A stretch of DNA of 64,000 nt from an uncultured Phycisphaerales bacterium (GCA_905480395.1 CAJQQE010000016.1:58-64057), one strand, 5' to 3'; shown: positions 1 to 10,334, numbered from the stretch's first letter. The notes: generated from the letters alone by a model not told the origin. Program-made: numbers and translations.

Positions 1-1157
1 CCATCGCGCCGACCAGGATCGGATACTGCGGCGCCAGTCCGGCCAGGATGCCACCACCGAAACAAAGCAATGCCGACCCAAACACTCGGACGGAGTGCGC
101 GATCCCCAACATCCTCCCTTGTGCCTCGGGGTCGGCCGTATCAGAGAGCAAGGCCGACATGTTCGTGGTCGCGATCGCCATGCAACAACCGACCAGGGGT
201 AGAAGCACGCAGAGCCACTGCCATTGATCCGGCATGATCATGAGGGTGAGGAGAACTCCGAGCGTGATCGCGGCGCCCGCCGTCACCACCCGCGGCGCCC
301 ATCGCTTTCCGACCGGCTTGATCAACAACCACTGCGTCGCCACCATTGAGGCGCTGGTATACGAGAGCAACCAGCCCACCTGCGACGACGTGAATTCCCA
401 CTTCTGTACGAAGTAGACCGGGTTGAACTGAAACACAAAATCGATACCGATGTAGATAAAGAAGTTGACCATCAGGAGCGAACGGAAGGGCCCGGCTCGA
501 AAAGCCTGACCGAGTTCCCGGAACCCCTTCGCGAGCTTGATTGGCTCGCGGATCGACGACGTGGCCGGCGACGATGGGAATCGCCACAGAATCAGTAGGA
601 CGCACGCGAGGCAGATCCCGGCCGCGGTGTAGAACGGCAGTGAATACGAGGCCCAGCTGAAGTACTTCTGGTCGGCAAGGTGTCCCCCGATCACTGGTGC
701 GAAGACATATGCCAGACTGCTCGCCAAGTAGATGAAGCCGAATCGCTGGGTCTTTGCCACACCATCGGATCGATTGGCGACTTCCGCCATCGCCAGCACC
801 AGCAGCACACCGGCGAAACCGATGAAGAATTGACCGACGATGATGATCCAGACCAACTCGACCTCGATCGCCAATCCGATCGCGAGGTTCCCCGCAGCCG
901 TCACGAGGATTGCCAGCGCCAGCGTTCCTCTCCGTCCGAACCGATCGGAGAGCTGTCCGAGAATGGGGGACCCGATGAATTCACCAAACCGCATCATCCC
1001 CATCGCAACGCCGAGCAGCATGGCTCGGGTCGCCACACTGGTTCCATCAGGCAGCACGCCATGCTCGGTCGGATGCAGGAACATCGGCGACAGCACGGGG
1101 GAGACCAAGGCTCCGGCGAAGAAACCAAGGAAGACGATGGTGTAGATCAGCAGCATG
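1..1157 (-). CDS. MFS transporter (DHA1/TetA-like), partial: C-terminus lies beyond window start
   Basis: Absent from ORF track because there is no stop inside the window. My translation of the minus strand from the ATG at 1157-1155 gives MLLIYTIVFLGFFAGALVSPVLSPMF...GEFIGSPILGQLSDRFGRRGTLALAIL (MFS motif A, GxLSDRxGRR). Uninterrupted hydrophobic helices continue to position 1. In-frame stop upstream at 1205-1203. Confidence 0.8.
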
Positions 1158-1244
1158 AGAATGACAGACGACGGTCCGAACGATTCAGACCGTACGTCAA
1201 GTCAATCGTGCTTGTCGAATGCCCGCTCAGCCGCAGGCCGGGAA

Positions 1245-2918
1245 TCAACTAGGTCGGCCACTGGGCTTTCCGGATGGCTTCGCCGGTGCTGCCGCGGGCT
1301 TCCCGCTTGGTTTCCCGCTTGGAGCGCCCGCCGGACGGCCGCCACCCGTCCAAGATTTCTTCTCACCGCCGGGAGTCGTCGCCGCCATTTCAATCTCGAA
1401 ACTGATCTCGCCCGGAGTCGGTCGCCGCAGGAGCACACTTTCTCCCGGTTCGAGCCCCTTGATCACTTCGACTTCCATCTCACTCGAACGGCCGATCGTC
1501 ACTTGGCGTTGAGCAAAGCCGCCTTCATCCGGGACGTAGACGAACGCGATCGGGCCCTTTCGGAAGACCGATTGGATCGGCACCGAGACGGCATTCTCGA
1601 CCTTGCCGAGGACGATCTCGCCTCGGCACCGCATCGATGGCTTGAGCCCCATGGAAGGATCGGTGTCGAGTAGGACTCGGACGGTGTAGTCGCGGCGATT
1701 GGGATCCCGCCATCCACCACTCTCTGCCAGCACGCTCACGCCGAGCACCGATGCCGGAATGGCCGTGCCGGGAAGGGAGTCGCTGTAGATGACGGCGGGT
1801 TGACCCTCACGAACCCGACCACTCAATGCCTCTCCAACCTTGAGACTGGCAATCATCCGACTGGTGTCCGGAAGAATCATCACCAGTTCGTTCTGGCGGA
1901 GTTCGGTTCCGACCTGCGGCGGTGGCTCATCGCCTCGTCCTCGTCGCTCACCACTGGAGAGACTCGATGCATAGACCACCAGTCCGTCACTCGGGGCGTT
2001 GATCTTGCAGGACACAAGCTGGTCCTTGAGATCCTGAAGTCGCTCGCGAGCAGACTCCCGCTTGAATCGGACGCTCTCGACGTCGGCTTCGATCTTCACG
2101 ATCTCGGCCTCGTGTCGCTGTCGAACTCGTCCTTTCTCAGCCAAGCTCTGGTTGACCGCGGACTCGTTGGTGGCCGAATCCATTTTGATCGTGTAGTCCT
2201 CGTAGACCTTCTTCGCGAGTTCTGCTTCCTTCACCCGCGCTTCTGATTCGATCATCGCGATTCGATCTCGTTCGTATTCATCCAACGCGAGGAAGCCCTT
2301 CGCGACGAGTTTGCGGCCGTCCTCGGCACGTTTGACGAGTCGATCTCGGTTGATCGTCGCGGTCTGAATCTCCAGGTCGAGTTTCTGTCGGGCGGTGACG
2401 ACGCCGCCCTCCTCCCACGCCTTCATGGCGAGTTTCGCAATCACGATCTGCAAATCCGCCTTATCGAGATCGCTGGCCATCGTCGATTTCCGGATCGCAA
2501 GCGATTGTTCCGCTGCGATGACCGAACTCTCCGCGGTCTGAACCTTGTCCTCGCCATCCTTGATCTGGTTGATCAACTCGTCATCCGCGATCCGAAGAAC
2601 CACATCGCCCTCGTGAACGAATGTGCCCTCGCCGACGATCTCGGTGATCACCGCGCGGGTTTCGAGGAGATTCCTGATCTCCACCTGGCGTTCGGTGGTC
2701 AGTTCGCCGCTGGCCGGGATGACGATCTGGAAGTCACCACGAGCGACGGTGTGGATCTGGGATGCATCGATCGAAGATTCGGTCGATTCCGCGCCGCCCA
2801 TGGAGAGGGTGACTGCCGTACCGATGCCCACCACCGCCACAACGGCGATCACGGTCGACAAGACTTTGCCTTCACGATGGAAGACGGCGGGAGAATGAAT
2901 CGAAGTTCGGGGGAGCAT
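1245..2918 (-). CDS. HlyD-family membrane-fusion / periplasmic adaptor protein
   Basis: ORF 1245..2990. Internal ATG at 2918 precedes a TM anchor (VLSTVIAVVAVVGIGTAVTL). This is followed by barrel-sandwich, long coiled-coil (KADLQIVIAKLAMKAWEE...) and beta-barrel segments typical of HlyD/EmrA adaptors. Low-complexity (KPSG)n C-terminal tail. Lies 87 nt upstream of the MFS gene on the same strand. Confidence 0.8.
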   Translation of the reverse strand: MLPRTSIHSPAVFHREGKVLSTVIAVVAVVGIGTAVTLSMGGAESTESSIDASQIHTVARGDFQIVIPASGELTTERQVEIRNLLETRAVITEIVGEGTFVHEGDVVLRIADDELINQIKDGEDKVQTAESSVIAAEQSLAIRKSTMASDLDKADLQIVIAKLAMKAWEEGGVVTARQKLDLEIQTATINRDRLVKRAEDGRKLVAKGFLALDEYERDRIAMIESEARVKEAELAKKVYEDYTIKMDSATNESAVNQSLAEKGRVRQRHEAEIVKIEADVESVRFKRESARERLQDLKDQLVSCKINAPSDGLVVYASSLSSGERRGRGDEPPPQVGTELRQNELVMILPDTSRMIASLKVGEALSGRVREGQPAVIYSDSLPGTAIPASVLGVSVLAESGGWRDPNRRDYTVRVLLDTDPSMGLKPSMRCRGEIVLGKVENAVSVPIQSVFRKGPIAFVYVPDEGGFAQRQVTIGRSSEMEVEVIKGLEPGESVLLRRPTPGEISFEIEMAATTPGGEKKSWTGGGRPAGAPSGKPSGKPAAAPAKPSGKPSGRPS

Positions 2919-3348
2919 GGCGTGGTCGACCTCTTGGTGGGGTGGGAGAATGATTGGACGGCCCCGCGATGGCGGCAGGCGGCCGAGCATTATTATTCAG
3001 GTGTTCTTACCGAGCCACCGGATCGACGATGCAGCCGGTTGGCGTCTTCCAAAGGCCCGAATCAGACCCTGAAGCGTACCGAAACTGGACGTGGTCTTCG
3101 GAATTCGTACCAAACGATGGCTGGATTCAAGGGGAGAGAGCGACCTCGCTCCCAACTCAATCGGACCGCAGAGAAGTCGGCATTGATTTTTCATCGGTTT
3201 GGATCTGAGGACAGCGACACTCCGCCGAGGCCTGGTGTCGGCCTCCATATTCCTCAATAACCCCTCTATTTGATATGAATCGAGGAAAACGGCGTCGATC
3301 ATCAACTCTGAGACGTCCAGACAATGGTGCGGACGCTACCGTTCGCTG

Positions 3349-4287
3349 ATGCGCCTGACGCCTATCACCGCAGACCTCCTGATGCTCCTCGCGGCCGCGA
3401 TCTGGGGTTTTGGATTCATCGCCCAAAAAGAGGCCATGGACACGGTGGGACCGCTGACCTTTACGGCGCTCCGATTTGCGATCGGCGCACTCGCGGTCGT
3501 GCCCCTCCGGCTCTTCTTTCCGCGGGTCCATTCTGCTGCCTCTCCCAAAGATCGGGCGAAGCAAAGGGTGATCCTCATTCAGGGATCGATCCTGATCGGA
3601 CTGGTGGTCGCCCTCGCGTCGGCCCTCCAACAGTATGGAATTGTCGGTACCGAAGCAGGCCCGGCGGGCTTCATCACCGGCCTCTACGTGGTGTTCACGC
3701 CGCTGGTCGGTTTATTGATCGGTGTGCGAACGGGCCTTGCGACCTGGATCGGATGCGGCTTGGCGGTCGTGGGAATGTGGTTTCTTGGTGTCAAGACAGG
3801 CGATACTGGCTTTCAGATTGACATGCCCGCGCTGCTGGTTCTGCTCGGGGCGATTGGCTGGGCCGTTCAGGTTCAGATCATTGGGCGATATGCGCCCAAG
3901 ACCGATCCGATCGAACTGGCCGTACTCCAGTTCTCGATCGTTGCCATCACAACCTTCATCGCGGCCATTCTGATCGAGGGACCAGAACAGGCCTTCGGCA
4001 TTGGCCGGGCCCTACGCGAGGCGACCTGGGAGATCCTGTACTCCGGAATCCTCGCGATCGGCGTTGCGTTCTTCCTTCAGATCGTCGCCCAGCGGAAGTC
4101 TCCCCCCGCGCATGTCGCGATCATCCTGAGCCTTGAGGCGGTCTTTGCCGCACTTGGTGGATGGTGGTTACTGGGCGAGAGCTACGACGGGCGAACCATG
4201 ATCGGGTGTGGGTTCATGCTGGCCGGGATTCTTGCCAGCCAGCTTCCCCGATTGGTCCGCCGAGGACCCTCAATCTCCCCGCGGTGA
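3349..4287 (+). CDS. EamA/DMT-superfamily transporter
   Basis: 312 aa and about 10 hydrophobic helices. N-terminus LLMLLAAAIWGFGFIAQKEAMDTVGPLTFTALRFAIGALAVVPL is a typical EamA repeat, with a second repeat in the C-terminal half. Confidence 0.85.
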   Translation: MRLTPITADLLMLLAAAIWGFGFIAQKEAMDTVGPLTFTALRFAIGALAVVPLRLFFPRVHSAASPKDRAKQRVILIQGSILIGLVVALASALQQYGIVGTEAGPAGFITGLYVVFTPLVGLLIGVRTGLATWIGCGLAVVGMWFLGVKTGDTGFQIDMPALLVLLGAIGWAVQVQIIGRYAPKTDPIELAVLQFSIVAITTFIAAILIEGPEQAFGIGRALREATWEILYSGILAIGVAFFLQIVAQRKSPPAHVAIILSLEAVFAALGGWWLLGESYDGRTMIGCGFMLAGILASQLPRLVRRGPSISPR

Positions 4288-4547
4288 AGCCTTCTCGTCG
4301 ATTCGGGAGCAAGAAATTCCGACCCAAACCACTGGTATGCCATGGCTTACGTTTATCGACCCGCATTTTTCTGGCTTCTCCATGCCAATCCCGATAACTT
4401 TTAAGTGTTCACATACAATCGAACGTTTGATTTACTGTGAATGGGTACTTACAACGCTCTGACCTGAGCAGTTCGTCGGAGATCTTTTCTTTGACTCGTG
4501 GATGATGTCGCGAGACGCCTGACCGCCTCAAAATCTGGAGAGATGAG

Positions 4548-5291
4548 ATGAATCACGAGAATCATGAATCGAGGAGGTCTTCACGACTCGACGCGTACGC
4601 GCGAATCAGCACGCACGCGAGTGCCTTCGGCATCGCTGCCATCGCGGTGACGGGAGCCGCCAACGCCGCACTTCAGACCTGGACCGTCGGCCAGAACTTT
4701 GGATACAACAACACCGCTGGCACCAACGGCGCGGATCTCGCCCTTTCGGCGACGTTCAACACCGCATTCAAGGTCAACTTCTTCAACACCGCCACGGTCA
4801 ACGGCGCCAATCAACAAACCAGCAACCAGGTCCTCTGGGCGCCGAACAACAATCTCTCGTTCATCAACTGGGGGACCGCGAACTCCGTTGGAGCGAACGA
4901 CCCCGCCCAATGGCGCGGGGCTCAGACGTTCGGAGCCAACGCCTTGAATGGCGTCGCCTCGGCATTCGGGGCCTCGTACACCGTGCACAGCTGGTACCAG
5001 GCGGCGAATAGCCACACCACCAGCAACGACATCGCCTGGACCACCTTTGGTGCCACACCTCAGGGTTCGCTCGCGATCGGCATCCGCTTTGATGCCGGGG
5101 CAGGCAACTACCACTACGGCTGGGTGGAGATCTCCAACGACGCGAACGGCGCCTATTCGGTCGAACGCTGGGCGGTCGAGACCACCGCGAACACCGCGGC
5201 GTCCTACGCACCGGTCCCCGGTCCGATGGGTCTGACCGCACTGGCCCTCGGGGCCGCCGGCGTCCGACGGTCACGGAAACGATCGGCCTGA
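4548..5291 (+). CDS. secreted Asn/Thr/Ala/Gly-rich protein with PEP-CTERM-like sorting tail
   Basis: N-terminal signal-like segment (AFGIAAIAVTGAANAA). C-terminus APVPGPMGLTALALGAAGVRRSRKRSA is a Pro-rich motif + TM helix + basic cluster, as in PEP-CTERM domains. GGAG-type SD (ctggagagatgagATG). Confidence 0.65.
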   Translation: MNHENHESRRSSRLDAYARISTHASAFGIAAIAVTGAANAALQTWTVGQNFGYNNTAGTNGADLALSATFNTAFKVNFFNTATVNGANQQTSNQVLWAPNNNLSFINWGTANSVGANDPAQWRGAQTFGANALNGVASAFGASYTVHSWYQAANSHTTSNDIAWTTFGATPQGSLAIGIRFDAGAGNYHYGWVEISNDANGAYSVERWAVETTANTAASYAPVPGPMGLTALALGAAGVRRSRKRSA

Positions 5292-5342
5292 TTCCGCCTC
5301 TAGATCCCGGACGATAGACATTCGATATTCGCTGATCCCCAC

Positions 5343-5369
5343 GAGGGTCGTCCACTTTGGACGGCCCTC
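5343..5369 (+). terminator. putative intrinsic terminator hairpin after the PEP-CTERM gene
   Basis: GAGGGTCGTCC-acttt-GGACGGCCCTC: 11-bp stem with one G-U pair, followed by ttgtcattc. Lies 52 nt after the stop at 5291. Confidence 0.45.
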
Positions 5370-5450
5370 TTGTCATTCGGCGAGCTGTTTTCGTGGGCCA
5401 CCCGCCCGATTCAGTTTCGCCCACTGCCGTCTTACCACTACAGTGATGAC

Positions 5451-8400
5451 ATGGAAGTCGGTCGTGTTCAGCCTCGAAGGATTCGCCGATGGGCCCCTGC
5501 CCTGATCTTGCTGGGGACCGCATCGGTGTGGGCTTCCGGATTCACTCAATCCGACGATGCGCCGGTTCCAGACGATGCCATCCACGCCGGTGTTCCATCC
5601 GCGAGTGATTCGGTCGACTTCAATCGCGACGTGCGACCGATCCTGGTCGCCCGATGTTTCGTCTGTCATGGCCCCGATGAATCCACCCGGAAGCGAGGAC
5701 TTCGGCTCGATCTCCGAGATGGTGCCATCGCGCCTGCCAAGCCGGGACGTGATCCCGCGATCGTTCCCGGCGATGCCGAACGAAGCCTGCTCATCGAGCG
5801 GATCACCGATCACCTCGATCCGATGCCGCCTTCGGGGGAACCACTGACCGCGGCGGAGATCGAGACGCTTCGTCGTTGGATCGATGACGGTGCGGAGTAC
5901 GCCGGCCATTGGTCCTGGGAGCCCGTCGGCGATCCGACTCCGCCCTCGATCGCACCCGAACGCCAGAGACTCATCCGAACCGACATCGATCGTTTCATCC
6001 TCAGCGCCTTAGAGAGTGTCGGACTCGAACCCGCCGACGACGCCACGCCCGCCCGCCAGGTGAGGCGACTTTCCTACGACCTGGTCGGCCTGCCGCCGGA
6101 CCCGACGATCGTCGCCGCCTTCGAAGCCGATCCGAGCGAGGCGCATTGGGAACGTCTGGTCGAGATGTATCTCGCATCGCCCGGTTTCGGCGAACGCTGG
6201 GGGCGGCACTGGTTGGACCTCGTTCGCTACGCCGAGACCTGCGGCCATGAATTTGACTACCCCATCCGCGAAGCATGGCGATATCGCGACTGGGTGATTC
6301 GCGCCTTCAATGATGATGTTCCCTACGACCGCTTCATTCGAGAGCAGATCGCCGGTGATCTGCTCGAGCCTCGGATCAATCCAACCGACGACACCAACGA
6401 GAGCGTGGTGGGCACCGGATTCTGGTACTTCCACCAAGCGGTGCACGCACCCACCGACGTCACCCAGGATCAATCCGACCGCATCGCGAACCAGCTTGAA
6501 GTTCTTGGGCAGGGTTTCCTCGGCCTCACCGTCGCGTGCGCCCGTTGCCACGATCACAAGTTCGATGCCATCTCGACCCGCGACTACTACGCGCTCTCGG
6601 GATACGTGCAGTCGATGCATCAGGGGTATGCGTACCAGGATCCGGGCGGGGTGATCCGGGCCGCGGTCGCCCGGCTGGCCGAAGACCGATCCAAGCCAAA
6701 AGAGCCGGACCACGTCGAACCAGCAGTACTCGCTTCCTATCTCAACGCCGCCGCGGATGCTCGGGAACTTGAATCCGCTTCGTCGATCGCCATCGAGCAA
6801 GGGCTTGACCCCGAACTCCTCGCGCGATGGATCGCCGTGCTGCAGGAAGACGCGTGGCAGACGCCCGAACATCCGTGGCATCCTTGGGTCGTCCTCGGTT
6901 TTCAGCAGGGCATCTCATCCGAAGACGTTCGAACACCGTTACTGGCCAAGTTCGACCGAGAGATCGACGAATCGGCGACCGTCCTGGAGTCATTCGATCG
7001 GTCAACGCCTGACTTGCGGTGGTATCCGACGGGGTGGGCGTGGAATGGTCACGGCGCCGAGCCAGCATCACCCACCGAATTTGGCACCCTGACGAGTGAC
7101 GCACTCGAACCTCGCCTCCAGGGAACCTTGCGCAGCGAGACCTTCACGCTCGACCATCGTTTCCTTCACTGGCGGGTCCGCGGCACCGGCGAAGGCGCCC
7201 GAATCCGCTTGGTCGTCGAAGGCATGATGATGGATGAGTTCAACGCACTGTTGTTCTCCGGTTTCCGACAGGACGTCGCCACCAAGAACGGATGGCGTCA
7301 CGTGGTCATGGACACCCGGCTACAGCCGGGCTGCCGCGCCCACTTGGAGTTGATCGATGATGGCCCCGGCCGCCTCGAAGTCGATGCGATCTGGATGAGT
7401 GATCACGCTGGTCGTGTTCCATCGATCATCGACCGGCCCGAGTGGATCGATCCCGCCCGCGACAGCGACCGAGATCAATTTACCCTTGAATTCGCACGAG
7501 CCACGTCGGCGAAGACCAATCGCCAGGTGAATGGCGTCGCGCTTCGTGAACCGCTGATTGCCGCCGGGCTTTGGGGCACCGACCTCGCTGCCGCTGATGC
7601 CGCGAGAGATCGACGACTCCACGCCATCGAGGCACGACGAAAAATCGCCGACGCCCTACCAAATCCCCGCCGCATCCTCGCCGCCAACGAAGGAAGTGGC
7701 GTCGACCAACCAATCTATGTTCGAGGGGGACATCGAGCACCCGGCGAAATCGCGACGCGTTCATTCATTGATTCCATTGCGAAGGATCAGCCCTCACCAC
7801 CCGCCGATGGCTCCGGTCGAATTCAACTGGCCGACGCCATCCTCGACCCGTCAAATCCACTGACCGCGCGGGTCATGGCCAATCGCGTGTGGCACCATCT
7901 CTTCGGCCGCGGGCTGGTCACCACCACGGACGACTTCGGCGGCTTGGGCGCCATGCCCTCGCACCCGGCGTTACTTGATCATCTTGCCACCCAGTTCCAA
8001 TCCGACTGGTCCATCAAGAACCTGATTCGCTCGATCGTGACGTCGAGCGTGTATCGGCGATCGAGCATGGCGACGCCCGAGACGGCGGCACGCATGCTGA
8101 CGGTCGATCCTCAGAACGAGCTTCTCGCGATCGCGCCGATCCGACGGCTTCAAGCGGAAGCCATTCGAGATGCACTCCTCGCGGTCAGCGGCCGACTCGT
8201 CGACCAAGTCGGTGGGCCACCCGTCGCGACGCACCTCACCCCGTTCATGACCGGCCGGGGCCGGCCCGGGGGAAGTGGGCCGATGGACGGTGGCGGGCGG
8301 CGCAGCCTGTATCTCGAGGTTCGGCGAAACTTCCCCGATCCCATGCTGACCGCGTTCGATCAGCCGCCGCCGAGCACCACGGTCGGAACTCGGAATATAT

Positions 8401-8675
8401 CGAACGTTCCGGCCCAGTCGCTCGTATTCCTGAATGACCCACTCGTGCATGAGCTGTCCGGAATCTGGGCGGCTCGAATCCTCGACGATTCGTCGCTCGA
8501 CTCTGATCGCTCCAGAGCGGATCAAATGTGGCGAGTTGCGTTCACTGTCGAGCCCTCGGAAGAAGATCTCGATGACATCGTCGCCTTCGTCGCCGCAGGA
8601 GATGATCAACGTGAGCGCTGGGCCGACGTCGGTCATGCACTCTTCAATACCAAGGCGTTCATCTACCTCGACTGA
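5451..8675 (+). CDS. PSCyt1 + DUF1549 (PSCyt2) + DUF1553 (PSD1) domain protein
   Basis: Planctomycete cytochrome-C motif CFVCHGPDESTRKRGLRLD. DUF1549-type segment (RRLSYDLVGLPP...FGERWGRHWLDLVRYAET). DUF1553-type C-terminus (NRVWHHLFGRGLV...FDQPPPSTTVGTRNISNVPAQSL). ATG at 5451 gives the signal peptide MEVGRVQPRRIRRWAPALILLGTASVWA. The longer ORF start at 5370 would include the upstream terminator hairpin. Confidence 0.9.
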   Translation: MEVGRVQPRRIRRWAPALILLGTASVWASGFTQSDDAPVPDDAIHAGVPSASDSVDFNRDVRPILVARCFVCHGPDESTRKRGLRLDLRDGAIAPAKPGRDPAIVPGDAERSLLIERITDHLDPMPPSGEPLTAAEIETLRRWIDDGAEYAGHWSWEPVGDPTPPSIAPERQRLIRTDIDRFILSALESVGLEPADDATPARQVRRLSYDLVGLPPDPTIVAAFEADPSEAHWERLVEMYLASPGFGERWGRHWLDLVRYAETCGHEFDYPIREAWRYRDWVIRAFNDDVPYDRFIREQIAGDLLEPRINPTDDTNESVVGTGFWYFHQAVHAPTDVTQDQSDRIANQLEVLGQGFLGLTVACARCHDHKFDAISTRDYYALSGYVQSMHQGYAYQDPGGVIRAAVARLAEDRSKPKEPDHVEPAVLASYLNAAADARELESASSIAIEQGLDPELLARWIAVLQEDAWQTPEHPWHPWVVLGFQQGISSEDVRTPLLAKFDREIDESATVLESFDRSTPDLRWYPTGWAWNGHGAEPASPTEFGTLTSDALEPRLQGTLRSETFTLDHRFLHWRVRGTGEGARIRLVVEGMMMDEFNALLFSGFRQDVATKNGWRHVVMDTRLQPGCRAHLELIDDGPGRLEVDAIWMSDHAGRVPSIIDRPEWIDPARDSDRDQFTLEFARATSAKTNRQVNGVALREPLIAAGLWGTDLAAADAARDRRLHAIEARRKIADALPNPRRILAANEGSGVDQPIYVRGGHRAPGEIATRSFIDSIAKDQPSPPADGSGRIQLADAILDPSNPLTARVMANRVWHHLFGRGLVTTTDDFGGLGAMPSHPALLDHLATQFQSDWSIKNLIRSIVTSSVYRRSSMATPETAARMLTVDPQNELLAIAPIRRLQAEAIRDALLAVSGRLVDQVGGPPVATHLTPFMTGRGRPGGSGPMDGGGRRSLYLEVRRNFPDPMLTAFDQPPPSTTVGTRNISNVPAQSLVFLNDPLVHELSGIWAARILDDSSLDSDRSRADQMWRVAFTVEPSEEDLDDIVAFVAAGDDQRERWADVGHALFNTKAFIYLD

Positions 8676-8687
8676 ATCACCGATCCC

Positions 8688-10136
8688 ATGACCACCGATC
8701 CTCAAACCTCGCACCACTGTGGACGATTCATCGCCGGTCCGACCAGCCGACGGCAGATGCTCCGTCAGGTCGCCGGTGGTTTTGGACTCGCGGCATTTTC
8801 CGCGCTGCTGCACGAGGATTCGGTCGCCGCCGCCAGCCCGTATCGCATCGCCCGAGACGGCATGCTCCCCGAGCCGCACCATGCGCCCAAGGCCAACAGT
8901 GTCATCTTCCTTTACATGGACGGCGGCCCAGGCCAGATGGACACCTTCGACCCGAAGCCTGTGCTGACCGACCAACACGGCCAACCGTTTCCGATGAAGA
9001 AGGAAGTGACGCAATTCGACTCGAATGGCAACTGTCTCGGGACACCCTGGAAGTTCAGCCCCGGGGGAACCTGCGGCACCCCAGTGAGCGATCTGTTCCC
9101 GCACGTGCGAGAGATGGCCGATGAGCTTCTGGTGGTTCGCTCGATGACTTCACCGTTCAACGAGCACACCAACGCGAACTACTTCCTTCATACCGGCCTG
9201 GGACTCGCCGGTCGACCATCGATGGGTGCCTGGGCGACCTACGGACTTGGCAGCGAGAACCGAAATCTCCCCGGCTTCGTGGTCCTCGACGGCGGCTTGA
9301 CGCCACCCGGTGGTCTCCAATGCTTCGGCAACAGCTTCCTACCGGCAACCAACCAGGGTTCGGTGCTCCGGCCCGCCGAGGAAGTCCTCGCGAACGTTCG
9401 ACCTCGCGACAGCGTTGATCAGCAACGTCGAAAACTGACCCTCGTCGAGGCGCTTGATCGACGGAACCGAGGGGCCTCGGACGACCAAATCGAGAGCGCC
9501 ATTCGAAACCAAGAGCTCGCCTTCCGCATGCAGTTCTCGGTTCCCGAAGCGACCAGCATCGACGGTGAGTCGGAGTCGACTCGCCGCATGTACGGCCTTG
9601 ATGCCGAATACGAGCAGACCAAGATCTTCGGTCGCGAGTGCCTGCTCGCCCGCAGGCTCGTCGAGCGCGGCGTTCGATTCATCGAGTGCACCTGCCCTCA
9701 TGTCGGCGCGGACCGATGGGATCAGCACGGAAAACTCAAGGAAGGCCACGAGAACAACGCCCGCGCCGTCGATCAACCGATCGGAGCGTTGCTCAAGGAT
9801 CTGAAACAGCGCGGACTACTCGAGACGACGCTGGTGATCTGGGGCGCCGAGTTCGGCCGAACCCCGTTCAGCCAGGGTTCCGACGGCCGTGATCACAATC
9901 AGTATGGATTCAGCATGTGGCTCGCGGGTGGCGGTATCGCGGGCGGACGAACCTACGGTGCCACCGATGAGTACGGCTACAAGGCCGTCGACCAGCCGGT
10001 CGAAATTCATGACCTGCACGCGACCATGCTGCACCTTCTGGGCATTGATCACGAACGGCTCACGAAGCGTTTCGGTGGCCGAGACATGCGACTCACTGAT
10101 GTGCACGGCAAGGTGATGCACGATTGGATCGCCTGA
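8688..10136 (+). CDS. DUF1501 (sulfatase-fold) protein with twin-arginine signal
   Basis: TSRRQMLRQVAGGFGLAAFSALL Tat-like leader. Also VIFLYMDGGPGQMDTFDPKP and GRDHN motifs typical of DUF1501. Starts 12 nt after the PSCyt gene, which is the canonical pairing. Confidence 0.9.
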   Translation: MTTDPQTSHHCGRFIAGPTSRRQMLRQVAGGFGLAAFSALLHEDSVAAASPYRIARDGMLPEPHHAPKANSVIFLYMDGGPGQMDTFDPKPVLTDQHGQPFPMKKEVTQFDSNGNCLGTPWKFSPGGTCGTPVSDLFPHVREMADELLVVRSMTSPFNEHTNANYFLHTGLGLAGRPSMGAWATYGLGSENRNLPGFVVLDGGLTPPGGLQCFGNSFLPATNQGSVLRPAEEVLANVRPRDSVDQQRRKLTLVEALDRRNRGASDDQIESAIRNQELAFRMQFSVPEATSIDGESESTRRMYGLDAEYEQTKIFGRECLLARRLVERGVRFIECTCPHVGADRWDQHGKLKEGHENNARAVDQPIGALLKDLKQRGLLETTLVIWGAEFGRTPFSQGSDGRDHNQYGFSMWLAGGGIAGGRTYGATDEYGYKAVDQPVEIHDLHATMLHLLGIDHERLTKRFGGRDMRLTDVHGKVMHDWIA

Positions 10137-10334
10137 GCGACGCTGGATGATTCCGATAGAGCCGCAGGAAGAAGATGGAGGCGATCGGGAAAATCCCGAG
10201 TAGCTTCGCCATCGCGCCAACAACATCGAAATCGTGATACCGATCTCCCGGTGCGCTTTCCTCCTATACGATTTTGTGGTCGATGGACAAGCCGACTCAC
10301 CCGATTTTTCAACCGGGCGACGGTCTGATCCAAT

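Noticed and set aside
2991-3348. 358-bp divergent intergenic region searched for an ncRNA or regulator (ORFs 2954..3208 and 2997..3305)
   Set aside because: Both ORFs have non-coding-like composition. The only structure I saw is a 6-bp GAGGCC/GGCCTC hairpin. There is nothing resembling a known RNA family.
5370-5450. Longer N-terminus for the PSCyt protein (ORF track start 5370)
   Set aside because: The extension starts directly at the 3' edge of the upstream terminator-like hairpin (5343-5369) and adds non-signal sequence. The ATG at 5451 yields a proper signal peptide.
7971-9104. 377-aa minus-strand ORF spanning the PSCyt/DUF1501 junction
   Set aside because: It is antisense to two well-supported genes and crosses their intergenic gap. 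Its composition is Arg/Gly-rich and low-complexity.
10137-10334. Possible 39-aa hydrophobic small ORF on the minus strand (MAKLLGIFPIASIFFLRLY...) between DUF1501 and dedA
   Set aside because: It has no SD and runs into the 3' end of the convergent DUF1501 gene. There is no supporting evidence beyond a hydrophobic start.
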